A program made the position numbers and the translations under genes. A stretch of 62,853 nt of DNA from Solirubrobacteraceae bacterium (lineage in GTDB: Bacteria; Actinomycetota; Thermoleophilia; Solirubrobacterales; Solirubrobacteraceae): the NCBI GenBank assembly GCA_051001735.1, contig JBPCNA010000060.1, positions 1 through 62,853 of the forward strand, in the 5' to 3' direction. The notes beneath the pieces are model-generated. The model searched no databases and was not told where the DNA came from. It worked only from the letters and a program-made list of their open reading frames with translations. Positions 47,588-57,033 of this stretch are shown piece by piece. Numbering within the stretch: position 1 is the stretch's first letter; each line of letters starts with the position of its first letter.

Positions 47588-48661
47588 GTGAGTCTTCTTC
47601 CTGATCTTCCGTTCTGGGCCGAGCTCCTGGTCTTTGTCGCGAGCGCGGCGACGATCTGGATCGCCGGGATCTTCCTGTCGAGCACCACCGACATCCTGGC
47701 GGATCGGCTCCATCTCGGGCAGGCGCTCGGGGGGCTGATCCTGCTGGCCGTAGCGACGAACCTGCCGGAGCTCGCGATCACCTACAGCGCGGCGTCGAGT
47801 GGACAGCTTGACGTCGCGGTGAGCAATATCCTCGGCGGGATCGCGCTCCAAACGGTGGTGCTTGTCGCCCTTGACGCCTTCGGTGTTCGTGAGCGGCGGC
47901 CGCTGACCTACCAGGCGGCGAGCCTGACGCTCGTCCTGGAAGGCGCCGTCGTGGTGGCCGTCCTGCTCGCGGTCATCATGGGCACCCAGCTGCCGAAGAC
48001 GCTCATCCGGTTTCGGTTGACCCCGGACGTCGTCTTGATCGCGGTGGTCTGGATCGTCGGCCTCGTGCTCACCCAGCGCGCCGGGCGGGAGCTTCGCTGG
48101 TCAAACAGCGGTGACGCCCCCGACAGCCAGCCGGAGCCCCGCGGCCACTCGCAGAAGAAGCGCGCCGAGGACGCGACGCGGCGGGGCGTGAGCACGCTGC
48201 GGCCCGCGCTGGTGTTCGGTGCCGCTGCGCTGGCCACTCTGATCACCGGAGCGACGGCTGTGGAGAGCGGCACCGCAGCCGCCAGTCATGTCGGTCTGTC
48301 GGGCGTCCTGTTCGGCGCGACCGTACTCGCCGCCGCGACATCGCTGCCCGAACTGAGCACCGGCCTCACCGCCGTACGCCAGGGCGACTACAAGCTCGCG
48401 TTCGGCGACATCTTCGGCGGAAACGCCTTCCTGCCCGTCCTGTTCCTGCTCGCCGTCGTCGTCTCGGGCAAGGCCGTTCTTCCCAACGCCCATCCATCCG
48501 ACATATACCTCACCGGCCTCGGCGGCCTCCTGACCGTGATCTACATGGGCGGTCTCCTGTTCCGGCCTGCCAAGGAGCACGCCCGTCTCGGCCTGGACAG
48601 CATCATGGTGCTGATCCTCTACATCGTCGGGGTCGCCGGCCTCATCGCGATTCCCAATTGA
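47588..48661 (+). CDS. sodium/calcium (CaCA family, YrbG-like) cation antiporter
   Basis: GTG start, ~10 TMs. Two alpha-repeat motifs: LLAVATNLPELAI and LAAATSLPELSTG. Confidence 0.85.
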   Translation: MSLLPDLPFWAELLVFVASAATIWIAGIFLSSTTDILADRLHLGQALGGLILLAVATNLPELAITYSAASSGQLDVAVSNILGGIALQTVVLVALDAFGVRERRPLTYQAASLTLVLEGAVVVAVLLAVIMGTQLPKTLIRFRLTPDVVLIAVVWIVGLVLTQRAGRELRWSNSGDAPDSQPEPRGHSQKKRAEDATRRGVSTLRPALVFGAAALATLITGATAVESGTAAASHVGLSGVLFGATVLAAATSLPELSTGLTAVRQGDYKLAFGDIFGGNAFLPVLFLLAVVVSGKAVLPNAHPSDIYLTGLGGLLTVIYMGGLLFRPAKEHARLGLDSIMVLILYIVGVAGLIAIPN

Positions 48662-48701
48662 CCTCGAACCGGTCGCGCCCGCGGACCCCGCGAACGCTGC
48701 A

Positions 48702-49550
48702 CTACAGGCGGTGGTAGCGGGCCTCGGCGAAGGAGGCCGCGGCGAAGGTCATCAACCCGAGGGCGCTCAGCCCCAGCAGCCAGGCGCCGTACGCATGGCG
48801 GGCGACCTCGCGCAGGGCGCCGTCGATGCCGATCACCTTGGTGACGTCGTAGTCGATCGCGGTGCGGATCAGGAAGTAGCCGATGAGCGCGAAGATCAGG
48901 GCTCGGGACACCACGCCGATGCGGCCGAGTTGACCGAGGAAGCGTCGGACGTCGCGGCTCATCTGCTCGGTCTTCATGTCGTCGAGGTAGCTGCCCTTGA
49001 AGCCCTTGTAGGCCTGGTGCAGGCAGACGGCGACGAAGGCGAGGCCGGCGAGCCCGACCAGCCATTGGCCGCCGGGCCAGCCGAGCACGCCGGCGGCCGC
49101 GTGGCGGGGGCCCGCCTGCTGGTGACTGTGGGTGCCGAGGAGGACCTTGACGGCGAGCACGAACAGGCCGAGATAGCCGACGCCGCTGGCCAGGTGACCC
49201 AGCCGGTCGCGCGTGTCGGCGCGGCCGGCGCGCTCCAGGCCCCGCGCCAGCACCGCCTGGCCGATTTGCCAGCTGGCGTAGGCGAGCACGCCGACGGCGA
49301 TGATCCCCAGCGCCAGGCCGCCCAGGGGGGCGCGGGCGATCAGGGAGAACGCGCCCTGCTGGTTGGTCGCCGACCCGTTCGCGGCACCGAGCGCGAGCGC
49401 GAGCGCCAGCCCGCCGATCAGGCCGTAGACGAGTCCACGGGCGACGAAGCCGCCGCGGACAAACCAGTGGAAGCCGCTCCTGCGGCCCAGGGCGACGGTT
49501 CGGGCGGACACGGAGGCGGACGGCGTGGTTTTGACGTTCATATCGTTCAT
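48702..49550 (-). CDS. DUF1206 domain-containing membrane protein
   Basis: Repeated FVARGLVYGLIGGLALALALG / IGVVSRALIFALIGYFLI type segments typical of DUF1206. Confidence 0.8.
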   Translation of the reverse strand: MNDMNVKTTPSASVSARTVALGRRSGFHWFVRGGFVARGLVYGLIGGLALALALGAANGSATNQQGAFSLIARAPLGGLALGIIAVGVLAYASWQIGQAVLARGLERAGRADTRDRLGHLASGVGYLGLFVLAVKVLLGTHSHQQAGPRHAAAGVLGWPGGQWLVGLAGLAFVAVCLHQAYKGFKGSYLDDMKTEQMSRDVRRFLGQLGRIGVVSRALIFALIGYFLIRTAIDYDVTKVIGIDGALREVARHAYGAWLLGLSALGLMTFAAASFAEARYHRL

Positions 49551-49760
49551 TCGTCCAATTCGGGGCCGGACTTGAGCGCCGTGGGTCGATAGGCCGGCCG
49601 TTCGCGAGCAAGGAGCGAGAAATGGACGCCGGTCCGCCGCCGCGCGCGGAGCCGAAGCCGTTGGTGGCCGAGCCCGAATGACATGACGGGAGCGTCGCTT
49701 CCCGGACCTGCGGTGTCGCTCCGTCCGCGGGGTCGCCGGGTGGCGGAGCGGAGGGTGCCG

Positions 49761-50606
49761 CTATGCCCGCGTGGTCGGCGCGGGCCCGGCGGGCGCTTGG
49801 TCGAGCCTCGCCCTGTGGGCGGGGAAGAGTAAGGGCAAGACTCTGAGAATCTTGCCGATCGGGCCCTTGGCCTTGATCTGCCCGCGCGTCAGTAGGACCC
49901 AGGGGGCGTCGAGGTGTTTGCCGAGCCACAGGCGATGGGCCGTGTCCGCGTCCATGGCCATGACGACCTCCGGCACGAGCTCCGTCGGACCGAGGTCGAC
50001 CCGTCCCTCCTCGCCTGAGCGGAGCCTGAGGGTGATCGCCGCCTGCGGCCGGCGGAGCACGAATTGGACGATCGTGTTCGCCCGCTGGACCTCGGCAAAG
50101 CGAGCGTCGTCCTCCACCAGATCATGCCAGAGCCGGCCGAACAGCCGGTAGACCTCGTCCTCGTCCGCGAAGCGGGCCCCCGGCCGGTCGTCCGCTCGCT
50201 TCGCGACGGGTTGAGTCGCCGCCTGAGTCGCTCGGGGCGCAACCGCCCGGTGGTAGGTGCCGGCCGCCGGCGGCTCGGCCAGCCGCGCGGGCTCTCCGGC
50301 GCTGGTCATGCGGGCCTGGGTCATGACGTCCGACCAGCGCCCGGCGCTCAGTGCGGCGCGAGGCGAAAGGCCTCCGAGGGCGGCCTGCGGCTCGCGCAGC
50401 CAGGCCTGGATGAAGCTCTCGCTGTGGTGCTTGAGTTCGTCGAGCACGGTGTCGAGCGCCGCGAGGCGGGTCATGAACCGCTCTTGGATCACGATGTCGC
50501 GGTCCGCTTCCCATTTCCGCACGGTCCGCAGGCTCGCGCCCGTGGCTTGGGCCAGATCGTTTGCCGAGATGTGGTAGCGCCTCATGAGGTCGGCTGGGCT
50601 TGGCAT
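49761..50606 (-). CDS. fusion protein: Xre-type HTH + DUF2384 (antitoxin Xre/MbcA/ParS-like) region + C-terminal SCP2 sterol-carrier-like domain
   Basis: ATG 50606 inside ORF 49761..50996. HISANDLAQATGASLRTVRKWE (HTH). FIQAWLREPQAALGGLSPRAALSAGRWSDV (DUF2384-like). VQFVLRRPQAAITLRL...VVMAMDADTAHRLWLGKHLDAPWVLLTRGQIKAKGPIGKIL (SCP2-like). Confidence 0.7.
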   Translation of the reverse strand: MPSPADLMRRYHISANDLAQATGASLRTVRKWEADRDIVIQERFMTRLAALDTVLDELKHHSESFIQAWLREPQAALGGLSPRAALSAGRWSDVMTQARMTSAGEPARLAEPPAAGTYHRAVAPRATQAATQPVAKRADDRPGARFADEDEVYRLFGRLWHDLVEDDARFAEVQRANTIVQFVLRRPQAAITLRLRSGEEGRVDLGPTELVPEVVMAMDADTAHRLWLGKHLDAPWVLLTRGQIKAKGPIGKILRVLPLLFPAHRARLDQAPAGPAPTTRA

Positions 50607-51010
50607 CTCAGCTGCGCGGCTCGGCGGTCTCGGTGGCCGCGCGGCGGACCGGGTAGCCGCCGCGGCCCTCCCGGCTCGCGTGGAGCACAGACCCGGCGGG
50701 CGACCTGCCGTCCGGTTTGGGCGCCGTCTGGCGCAAGTGGCAGGGTTGGAGGGAGATGGCGGACACGATCGGGAGCCGAGCCGCCCGCGACACCTCGATG
50801 AGCGGCGCTCAGATCCCGGAAGTCTAATCGATGCGCCATTTCGGCTCGCTCCCGTCCGGTTTCTTCCCGGCCCTTCCGTCGAGGGACCCGGCGCGCCGCC
50901 AAAAGGGGGCGCGGTGCTTGCCGCGGCGCCGGGCCGCCAGTAGAAGGGACTCCCACGCGTCCGTTTAGTGCTTCTAACGAACCAGATGAGATACAAAAGT
51001 TCCTAAAAGA

Positions 51011-51039
51011 TTGCACGAAGGTTCCGAAGGGGCTATAAC
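51011..51039 (+). promoter_or_regulatory. candidate sigma-70-type promoter (TTGCAC-17 nt-TATAAC) in an AT-rich patch upstream of the GMC oxidoreductase
   Basis: ttgcac 51011-51016, 17-nt spacer, tataac 51034-51039, inside the only AT-rich stretch (about 50950-51050) of this region. Followed by aggagg. Confidence 0.3.
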
Positions 51040-51160
51040 AGGAGGCGTCCTACGATCTCGTCCGAGGGAAAGTCATGTCCGGTCGACAGAGTGCATGGCG
51101 TCGGGTCCGGCGTCCGGACCGGCGCGCGGAGATGCCGGGCGCCGCGGGTGACGCCGGGCG

Positions 51161-52750
51161 ATGAGGGTTCGCCACGCGGACTACGTGATCGTTGGTGCCG
51201 GCTCGGCCGGCTGTGTCCTGGCGGCGCGGTTGACCGAGGATCCCGGCGTCAGCGTGATCCTGATCGAGGCCGGCGGCCGCGGCCGTCACCCCACCGTCGT
51301 GATCCCGGCGGCGTTCAGCCGGCAGTTTCGCACGAGGCTCGATTGGGACTACAACACCGAGCCCGAGCCGCATTGCGACGGCCGCTCGCTGTACGTGCCC
51401 CGCGGCAAGGGGCTCGGCGGGTCGAGCGCGATGAACGCGATGCTCTACGTACGCGGACGGCCGCTCGATTACGACCGGTGGCGCGAGCAGGGGGCCACGG
51501 GCTGGGGGTGGAAGGACGTGCGTCCGTACTTCCTGCGCGCCGAGGACAACCAGAACGGAGCCGGCGAGCACCACGCCGTCGGTGGGCCGTTGCGGGTGGA
51601 GAGCCAGCGCTCGCCGCGGCGCCTGACCCATCGCTTCCTGGCCGCCGCCGCCGCCGCCGGCGTCCCGCCGGCGGCGGACTACAACGGCCTCACGCAGGAC
51701 GGCGCCGCGATCGCCCAGGTCACCCAGCGCAACGGCCGCCGCTGGAGCGCCGCCGACGCCTACCTGCGACCGGCGATGTCACGCCCCAACCTGACGGTGC
51801 TCACGGGCGGCCTCGTGCTGCGCGTCGAGCTCGAAGGTGCCCGCGCGACGGGGGTCCGCCTCGGCGACCGGTGGGGGCGCGAGCAGAGCATCGCCGCCGG
51901 GCGCGAGGTGCTGCTCAGCGCGGGCGCGATCGCCTCGCCCCAGCTGCTGATGCTCTCCGGCGTCGGGCCGGCCGAGCACCTGCGCGAACTGGGTATCACC
52001 CCGGCGGTCGACGCCCCGGGGGTCGGCCGTAACCTTCAGGACCATCCGTGCGTCGGCTGCGTGTGGGACGCGACGGCGCCGGAGTCGCTGGCCGACGCGG
52101 AAACGCCGCAGGCGCTGGCTGAATGGTTGCTGCGCCGGAGCGGCCCCTTGACCTCGCCCGTGGCCGAGGCCGTCGCGTTCGTACGCACCCGGCCGGGCCT
52201 ACCCGCGCCCGATATCGAGTACCACTTCGGTCCGGCGTATTTCGTCGACCATGGCTTCTCCCGCTACGACGGGCACGCTTTCAGCATCGGACCGGTGCTG
52301 CTCTGCCCCCGCAGCCGCGGCTGGCTCACGCTGCGCTCGAGCGACCCGACCGCCAAACCGCGGATCACCACCAACTCGCTCGGCGAGCGCGAGGATGTCG
52401 CGGCGCTGGTCGCCGGCGTCAAGCTCGCGCGTGAGATCGCCGCCTGCGCGCCGCTGGCCTGCGTGGCCGGCACCGAGCTCTTCCCCGGCGCCGCCGCGCA
52501 CGACGACGCCGGCATCGAAGCCGACCTGCGCCGGCGCGTGGAGCTCCTCTACCACCCCGCCGGTACCTGCCGGATGGGCTCCGACGAGGGTGCCGTCGTG
52601 GACCCACAGCTCTGCGTGCGCGGGGTCGACGGCCTTCGAGTCGTCGACGCATCGATCATGCCGGTGATCCCCGGCGCCAACCTCAACGCCCCGACGATCA
52701 TGGTGGCCGAGCGCGCCGTCGACCTCATCCGGAAGGACCCACGCCGGTGA
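51161..52750 (+). CDS. GMC-family FAD-dependent oxidoreductase (choline dehydrogenase-like)
   Basis: ADYVIVGAGSAGCVLAARLTEDP, GKGLGGSSAMNAM, C-terminal HPAGTCRMG...VVDASIMP. Confidence 0.9.
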   Translation: MRVRHADYVIVGAGSAGCVLAARLTEDPGVSVILIEAGGRGRHPTVVIPAAFSRQFRTRLDWDYNTEPEPHCDGRSLYVPRGKGLGGSSAMNAMLYVRGRPLDYDRWREQGATGWGWKDVRPYFLRAEDNQNGAGEHHAVGGPLRVESQRSPRRLTHRFLAAAAAAGVPPAADYNGLTQDGAAIAQVTQRNGRRWSAADAYLRPAMSRPNLTVLTGGLVLRVELEGARATGVRLGDRWGREQSIAAGREVLLSAGAIASPQLLMLSGVGPAEHLRELGITPAVDAPGVGRNLQDHPCVGCVWDATAPESLADAETPQALAEWLLRRSGPLTSPVAEAVAFVRTRPGLPAPDIEYHFGPAYFVDHGFSRYDGHAFSIGPVLLCPRSRGWLTLRSSDPTAKPRITTNSLGEREDVAALVAGVKLAREIAACAPLACVAGTELFPGAAAHDDAGIEADLRRRVELLYHPAGTCRMGSDEGAVVDPQLCVRGVDGLRVVDASIMPVIPGANLNAPTIMVAERAVDLIRKDPRR

Positions 52751-52880
52751 GCGCTCGACATGGCTGCGCTCGAGCGTGGGCGACGCTCCGGTGTCGACCG
52801 GTTCGCTGACGTGGGCGCAGCTGAAGCCCGCCCGGCTGCGAGAATGCCACCGTGATCGCCCCCCGCCCCGACCCCGCCTG

Positions 52881-53630
52881 ATGGACCTCGGCCTCACCGG
52901 GCGCGTCGCCCTGGTCACCGGCGCCTCCAAGGGGATCGGGCGGGCGATCGCCGCCGAGCTCGCCGCCGAGGGCGCCAGGGTGGCGATCAGCAGCCGCTCC
53001 CGCGACCGGCTGGCCGAGACGGCGGGAGAGCTCCAAATCCACGCCTTCGAACACGACAACGCCGATCTCGACGCCATCCCCCAGCTCATCGCCGAGGTCG
53101 AGTCGGCGCTCGGCCCGATCGAGATCCTCGTCACCAACACCGGCGGGCCGCCGCCGAGCCCGGCGCCGCTCCACCACACCCGCGAGGAGTGGGACGAGGC
53201 CTACCGGACGCTTGTCCTCGCCCCGATCATGCTCGTCGCCGCCGTCATGCCCGGGATGCAGGAGCGCCGCTTCGGCCGCGTCGTCAACGTCGGCTCGACG
53301 ACGGTCCGCGAGCCGTCGCCGACGCTGATGCTCTCCAACAGCCACCGGGCGGCCACCCTCGCCGCGTTCAAGACGATCGCCCGCGACGTCGCCCCCGACG
53401 GGGTCACGGTCAACACCGTCCTCCCGGGGCGCATCGCCACCGACCGCCTGTTCGAGCTCTTCGGCTCCAAGGACGTCGCCGAGGCGATCGGCGCCTCCGA
53501 GATCCCGGCGGAGCGCCTCGGCACGCCGGAGGAGTTCGCCGCCGCCGTCGCCTTCCTCTGCTCCGGGCGCGCCGGCTACATCACCGGCACCGCGCTTCTC
53601 GTCGACGGCGGCCTGACCCAGAGCATCTAG
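52881..53630 (+). CDS. SDR-family oxidoreductase (3-oxoacyl-ACP reductase-like)
   Basis: ATG 52881 (MDLGLTGRVALVTGASKGIGRAIA), NTGGPP, C-terminal YITGTALLVDGG. Confidence 0.9.
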   Translation: MDLGLTGRVALVTGASKGIGRAIAAELAAEGARVAISSRSRDRLAETAGELQIHAFEHDNADLDAIPQLIAEVESALGPIEILVTNTGGPPPSPAPLHHTREEWDEAYRTLVLAPIMLVAAVMPGMQERRFGRVVNVGSTTVREPSPTLMLSNSHRAATLAAFKTIARDVAPDGVTVNTVLPGRIATDRLFELFGSKDVAEAIGASEIPAERLGTPEEFAAAVAFLCSGRAGYITGTALLVDGGLTQSI

Positions 53631-55648
53631 CCGAACAGCGCGTCTACCGAGACCTCGATCCGCCGCCCGGCGACCACCGGGACGGCGTCCTGCGCCTCCA
53701 CCGTCCGGGTCGTCGTGAACAGGGCTTGGACGGCGTCGCTGAGGAAGCGCGACGGCTTGCCGTAGCCGTGGGCGTCGTCGGCCGCCCGGTGGTAGTAGCG
53801 GACGGGCACGTAGACGGCCAGCGACCGGCGGGCCCGGGTCAGGGCGACGTAGAGGAGCCGGCGCTCCTCGGCCACGCCCTCCTCGGTCCCGCAGCTCATG
53901 TCGGCCGGGAAGTTTCCGTCGTAGGCGGCGATCACGTGGACGGCGTCCCACTCGAGGCCCTTGGCCGAGTGGACGGTGCTGAGCACGAGGTAGTCCTCGT
54001 CGAGGTGGGGCGGCCCGGCCAGATCGGAGCTCGGGGTCGGCGGGTCGAGCACGAGGGCGGAGAAGAAATGGCGGAGGTCCTCGGCGCCACCGGCGGCGCC
54101 GATCAGCTGCTCGAGGTCGACCATCCGCATCGCGGCGTCGGGGTAGCGGAGGCGAATCAGGGGCTCGAGCGCCCGGCACAGCCGCTCGGCCCGGACGCCG
54201 GCCGCGTCGGCGTCGCTGTCGGCGACGAGCGCCGCCGCCAGGGCGTCGGCGTGGCCGCGGGCCTCAAGGGGGATGTGGGCCGCGGCCGCCTCCCACCGGC
54301 CAAGCTCCGGGGCGCCGCCGCCCGGCGGCCGGAGCGCGTCGAGCACCCGGCGGGCCCGGATCGGGCCGACCCCGTCGAGCAGCTGGAGCAGCCGGAACCA
54401 GCTCATCTCGTCGGCCGGGTTGTCGGTCAGACGCAGCAGCGCGACCAGGTCCTTGACGTGGGCCGCCTCGAGGTAGCGGAGCCCGCCGTACTTGACGAAG
54501 GGGATGCGGCGCCGGGTGAGCTCGAACTCGAGCAGGGCGGAGTCGTGGCCGGTGCGGAAGAGCACCGCTTGGCGGCGGAGCTCCATGCCCTGCTCGCGCG
54601 CCGCGAGGACCCGGTCGCAGACCTCGGAGGCCTGCTCGGCCTCGTCACGCGGCAGCACGAGCTCGGGCGCCCCGCCGCCGTCGTGCTCGGTCCACAGCTC
54701 CTTGCGGAAGCCGGCCCGGTCCTGGGCCGAGACGGCGTTGGCCACGGCGAGGATCGGCCGGGTCGAGCGGTAGTTGCGCTCGAGCGTCACCTTGGCCGTC
54801 TCGGGGAAATGGACCGGGAAGTCGAGGATGTGGCGGGCGCTGGCCGCGCGGAAGCCGTAGATCGCCTGGAAGTCGTCGCCGACCACGGTCACGTCGCGCC
54901 GGGTCGCCCGCAGGCTGCGGACGATGTCCACCTGGAGCCCGTTGACGTCCTGGTACTCGTCGACCAGGACGTGGTCGTAGGCGCCGGCGAGCCGGGGCCC
55001 GACGACCGGGTCGGCGGCGAGCGCCCGCCAGTAGAGGAGCAGGTCGTCGAGGTCGAGCACGCCGAGTGACCGCTTGCGGACGCCGTAGGCCCGGAACACG
55101 TCGGCCAGCGCCTCGCGGTGCTCGGCGCACCAGGGGTAGGACTCGGCCACCACCTGCTCGAGCGGCAGCTGCGAGTTGACCACGCGCGAGTAGATGTCGA
55201 GCATCGTCTGGGGGCGCGGGAACCGCCGCCGGCTGGCCGCGTGGCCCTCCTCCTGGCGGACGAGATCCATCAGATCGCCGGCGTCGCCGGCGTCCATCAC
55301 CCCGAAGCCGGGACCGAGGCCGAGCGAGGAGGCGTGCATCCGGACCATCCGGTGGGCCAGCGAGTGGAACGTGCCGCCGGCGATGCGCCCGGCGTTCGGC
55401 GCCGCGTGGTCGGTCAGCGCCCGCGCCCGCTGGATCATCTCCCGGGCGGCCCGGCGGGTGAAGGTGAGCAGGAGGATGCGCTCGGCGGGCATCCCCCCGG
55501 CGATCAGCCAGGCCACGCGCGAGCAGAGCGTCGTCGTCTTGCCGGTCCCGGCGCCGGCGAGGATCAGGAGTGGGCCGCCGCCGTGGGTGGCCGCCTCCCG
55601 CTGCTCGGGGTTGAGCTCGTCGAGCCAGCGGTGGGGGTCGTCGAACAT
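53627..55648 (-). CDS. UvrD/Rep/PcrA-family ATP-dependent DNA helicase
   Basis: LNPEQREAATHGGGPLLILAGAGTGKTTTL (motif I), LVDEYQDVN (II), TVVGDDFQAIYGFRAA (III), NYRSTRPIL, LSTVHSAKGLEWD, LLYVALTRAR. Confidence 0.9.
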   Translation of the reverse strand: MFDDPHRWLDELNPEQREAATHGGGPLLILAGAGTGKTTTLCSRVAWLIAGGMPAERILLLTFTRRAAREMIQRARALTDHAAPNAGRIAGGTFHSLAHRMVRMHASSLGLGPGFGVMDAGDAGDLMDLVRQEEGHAASRRRFPRPQTMLDIYSRVVNSQLPLEQVVAESYPWCAEHREALADVFRAYGVRKRSLGVLDLDDLLLYWRALAADPVVGPRLAGAYDHVLVDEYQDVNGLQVDIVRSLRATRRDVTVVGDDFQAIYGFRAASARHILDFPVHFPETAKVTLERNYRSTRPILAVANAVSAQDRAGFRKELWTEHDGGGAPELVLPRDEAEQASEVCDRVLAAREQGMELRRQAVLFRTGHDSALLEFELTRRRIPFVKYGGLRYLEAAHVKDLVALLRLTDNPADEMSWFRLLQLLDGVGPIRARRVLDALRPPGGGAPELGRWEAAAAHIPLEARGHADALAAALVADSDADAAGVRAERLCRALEPLIRLRYPDAAMRMVDLEQLIGAAGGAEDLRHFFSALVLDPPTPSSDLAGPPHLDEDYLVLSTVHSAKGLEWDAVHVIAAYDGNFPADMSCGTEEGVAEERRLLYVALTRARRSLAVYVPVRYYHRAADDAHGYGKPSRFLSDAVQALFTTTRTVEAQDAVPVVAGRRIEVSVDALFG

Positions 55649-55702
55649 GTGTTCGACGACGTTAGGCCGTCCGTCGGACGCGGTGCAAGCCGCGTCCCAG
55701 CT

Positions 55703-56128
55703 CTAGCGGGGGAGTCTGACCCGGGCGCCCGCGGCGAGGCTGATCGGGCTGAGCCCCGGGTTCAGTCGCTCGACCGCGCCGAGGGAGACGCGTTCCCGGC
55801 TGGCGATCGAGGAGAGCGTCTGTCCGGAATGGACGATCCAGTAGCGCGGAGCGTGGGCGCCCGCTCGGGCGGCGAGCGGCCCGAGCGTCGGCTTCGGCGC
55901 CGAGCCGATCGTGGTCAGGACGATCGCCACCACGGAGGCGATCATCGCGGCGAGGCCGCCGACGCCGAGGATCCGGGCGCTGAGGTCGTGGCGGGCGGCG
56001 GCCGGGGCGGCCTCGCGGCGGACGGGCCGCAGCGGGGTGGGCGGCGGCAGCCGCTCGGGCTCCTGCGCCGGGCGCGGAGCCGGCTCGGGCACCTCGGGCA
56101 ATGGCGAGCTGGGGACGGGGGTGGCCAT
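55703..56128 (-). CDS. membrane-anchored LysM domain protein
   Basis: ATG 56128 (MATPVPSSPLPE, Pro-rich), TM ILGVGGLAAMIASVVAIVLTTI, C-terminal LysM YWIVHSGQTLSSIASRERVSLGAVERLNP. Confidence 0.75.
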   Translation of the reverse strand: MATPVPSSPLPEVPEPAPRPAQEPERLPPPTPLRPVRREAAPAAARHDLSARILGVGGLAAMIASVVAIVLTTIGSAPKPTLGPLAARAGAHAPRYWIVHSGQTLSSIASRERVSLGAVERLNPGLSPISLAAGARVRLPR

Positions 56129-56159
56129 CTGACGTCTTATACCCGCAATTCGTCCTGCA

Positions 56160-57033
56160 CTAGCGCCCGGTCGCCGGGAGCGTCCGCGCGTGCCGGGAAA
56201 TGTCGCTCCACGGGTCACCGTGGCGCTCGCCGATCGTCGTGATCGTCCACCCGTCGGGGCGCAGCCCGGCGTCAGAGAGCTCCTCCCAGTCAAGCGGCGT
56301 GGCGACCGGGGCGTTCGGCCGGGCGCGGACCGAGTAGGCGCAGACGGCGTGCTGGGCGTAGGCGTTGCGGTTGACGTCGACGTAGATCCGCGAGCCCCGC
56401 TCGGCGGTGTGCCACTCGAGCGTCAGCTGGTCGGGGTTCGCGGCGACCATCCGCTCGGCGAGCGCCCGCGCCACGCGGTGGACGTCGGTGAACGACGGCC
56501 CGTGCCGGAGCGGCGCGACGACGTGGATCCCCCGCGATCCGCTGGTCATCGCGTAGGGGCAGAGCCCGAGACTGCGGAGCTGGGCGCCGACCTCTCGGGC
56601 GGCGGCGCGCACCTCGTCGAAGCGCTCGTGCGAGGGGTCGAGGTCGATGATCAGCCGGTCGGGGCGGTCGGGCGCCTGCGCCCGCGATCCGAAGACGTGG
56701 AGCTCGATCACGTTCTGGGTGGCCAGGTAGACGAGCGCCGCCACCTCGCGGACGACGACCTGGGTCACCGTCCCGCCCTTCTTGGGGACCTCGACGCGGG
56801 GGGATCCAGTCGGGGAAGTGGGCGGGCGCCGTCTTCAGGAAGAAGCCGGGCCGCCCGATGCCGGCCGGGTAGCTGCGCATGGCGAGGGGGCGGTCGCGGA
56901 CGTGGCGGAGCATCGCCGGCCCGACGCGCTCGTAGTGGCGCGCGAGGTCGAGCTTGGTCAGCCCGGCCTCCGGAAAGAGGACCTTCTCCGGATGCGTCAA
57001 CGAGAGTTGACGCCGGCCGACGCGGAGGGTCAC
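56160..57033 (-). CDS. ligD: LigD-type NHEJ polymerase/primase domain protein, frame broken at the G6 run 56799-56804
   Basis: GTG 57033 overlaps the ligase stop (GTGA). VTLRVGRRQLSLTHPEKVLFPEAGLTKLDLARHYERV...RSYPAGIGRPGFFLKTAPAHFPDWIP, then one frame off RVEVPKKGGTVTQVVV...LHVFGSR...LIIDLDP...MTSGSRGIHVV...RIYVDVNRNAYAQHAV (ORF 56160..56768). Confidence 0.8.

Noticed and set aside
46747-47781. 344-aa reverse-strand ORF
   Set aside because: It reads straight through tRNA-Val and the octamer repeat. The composition is Arg/Pro/Gly-rich and there are no motifs.
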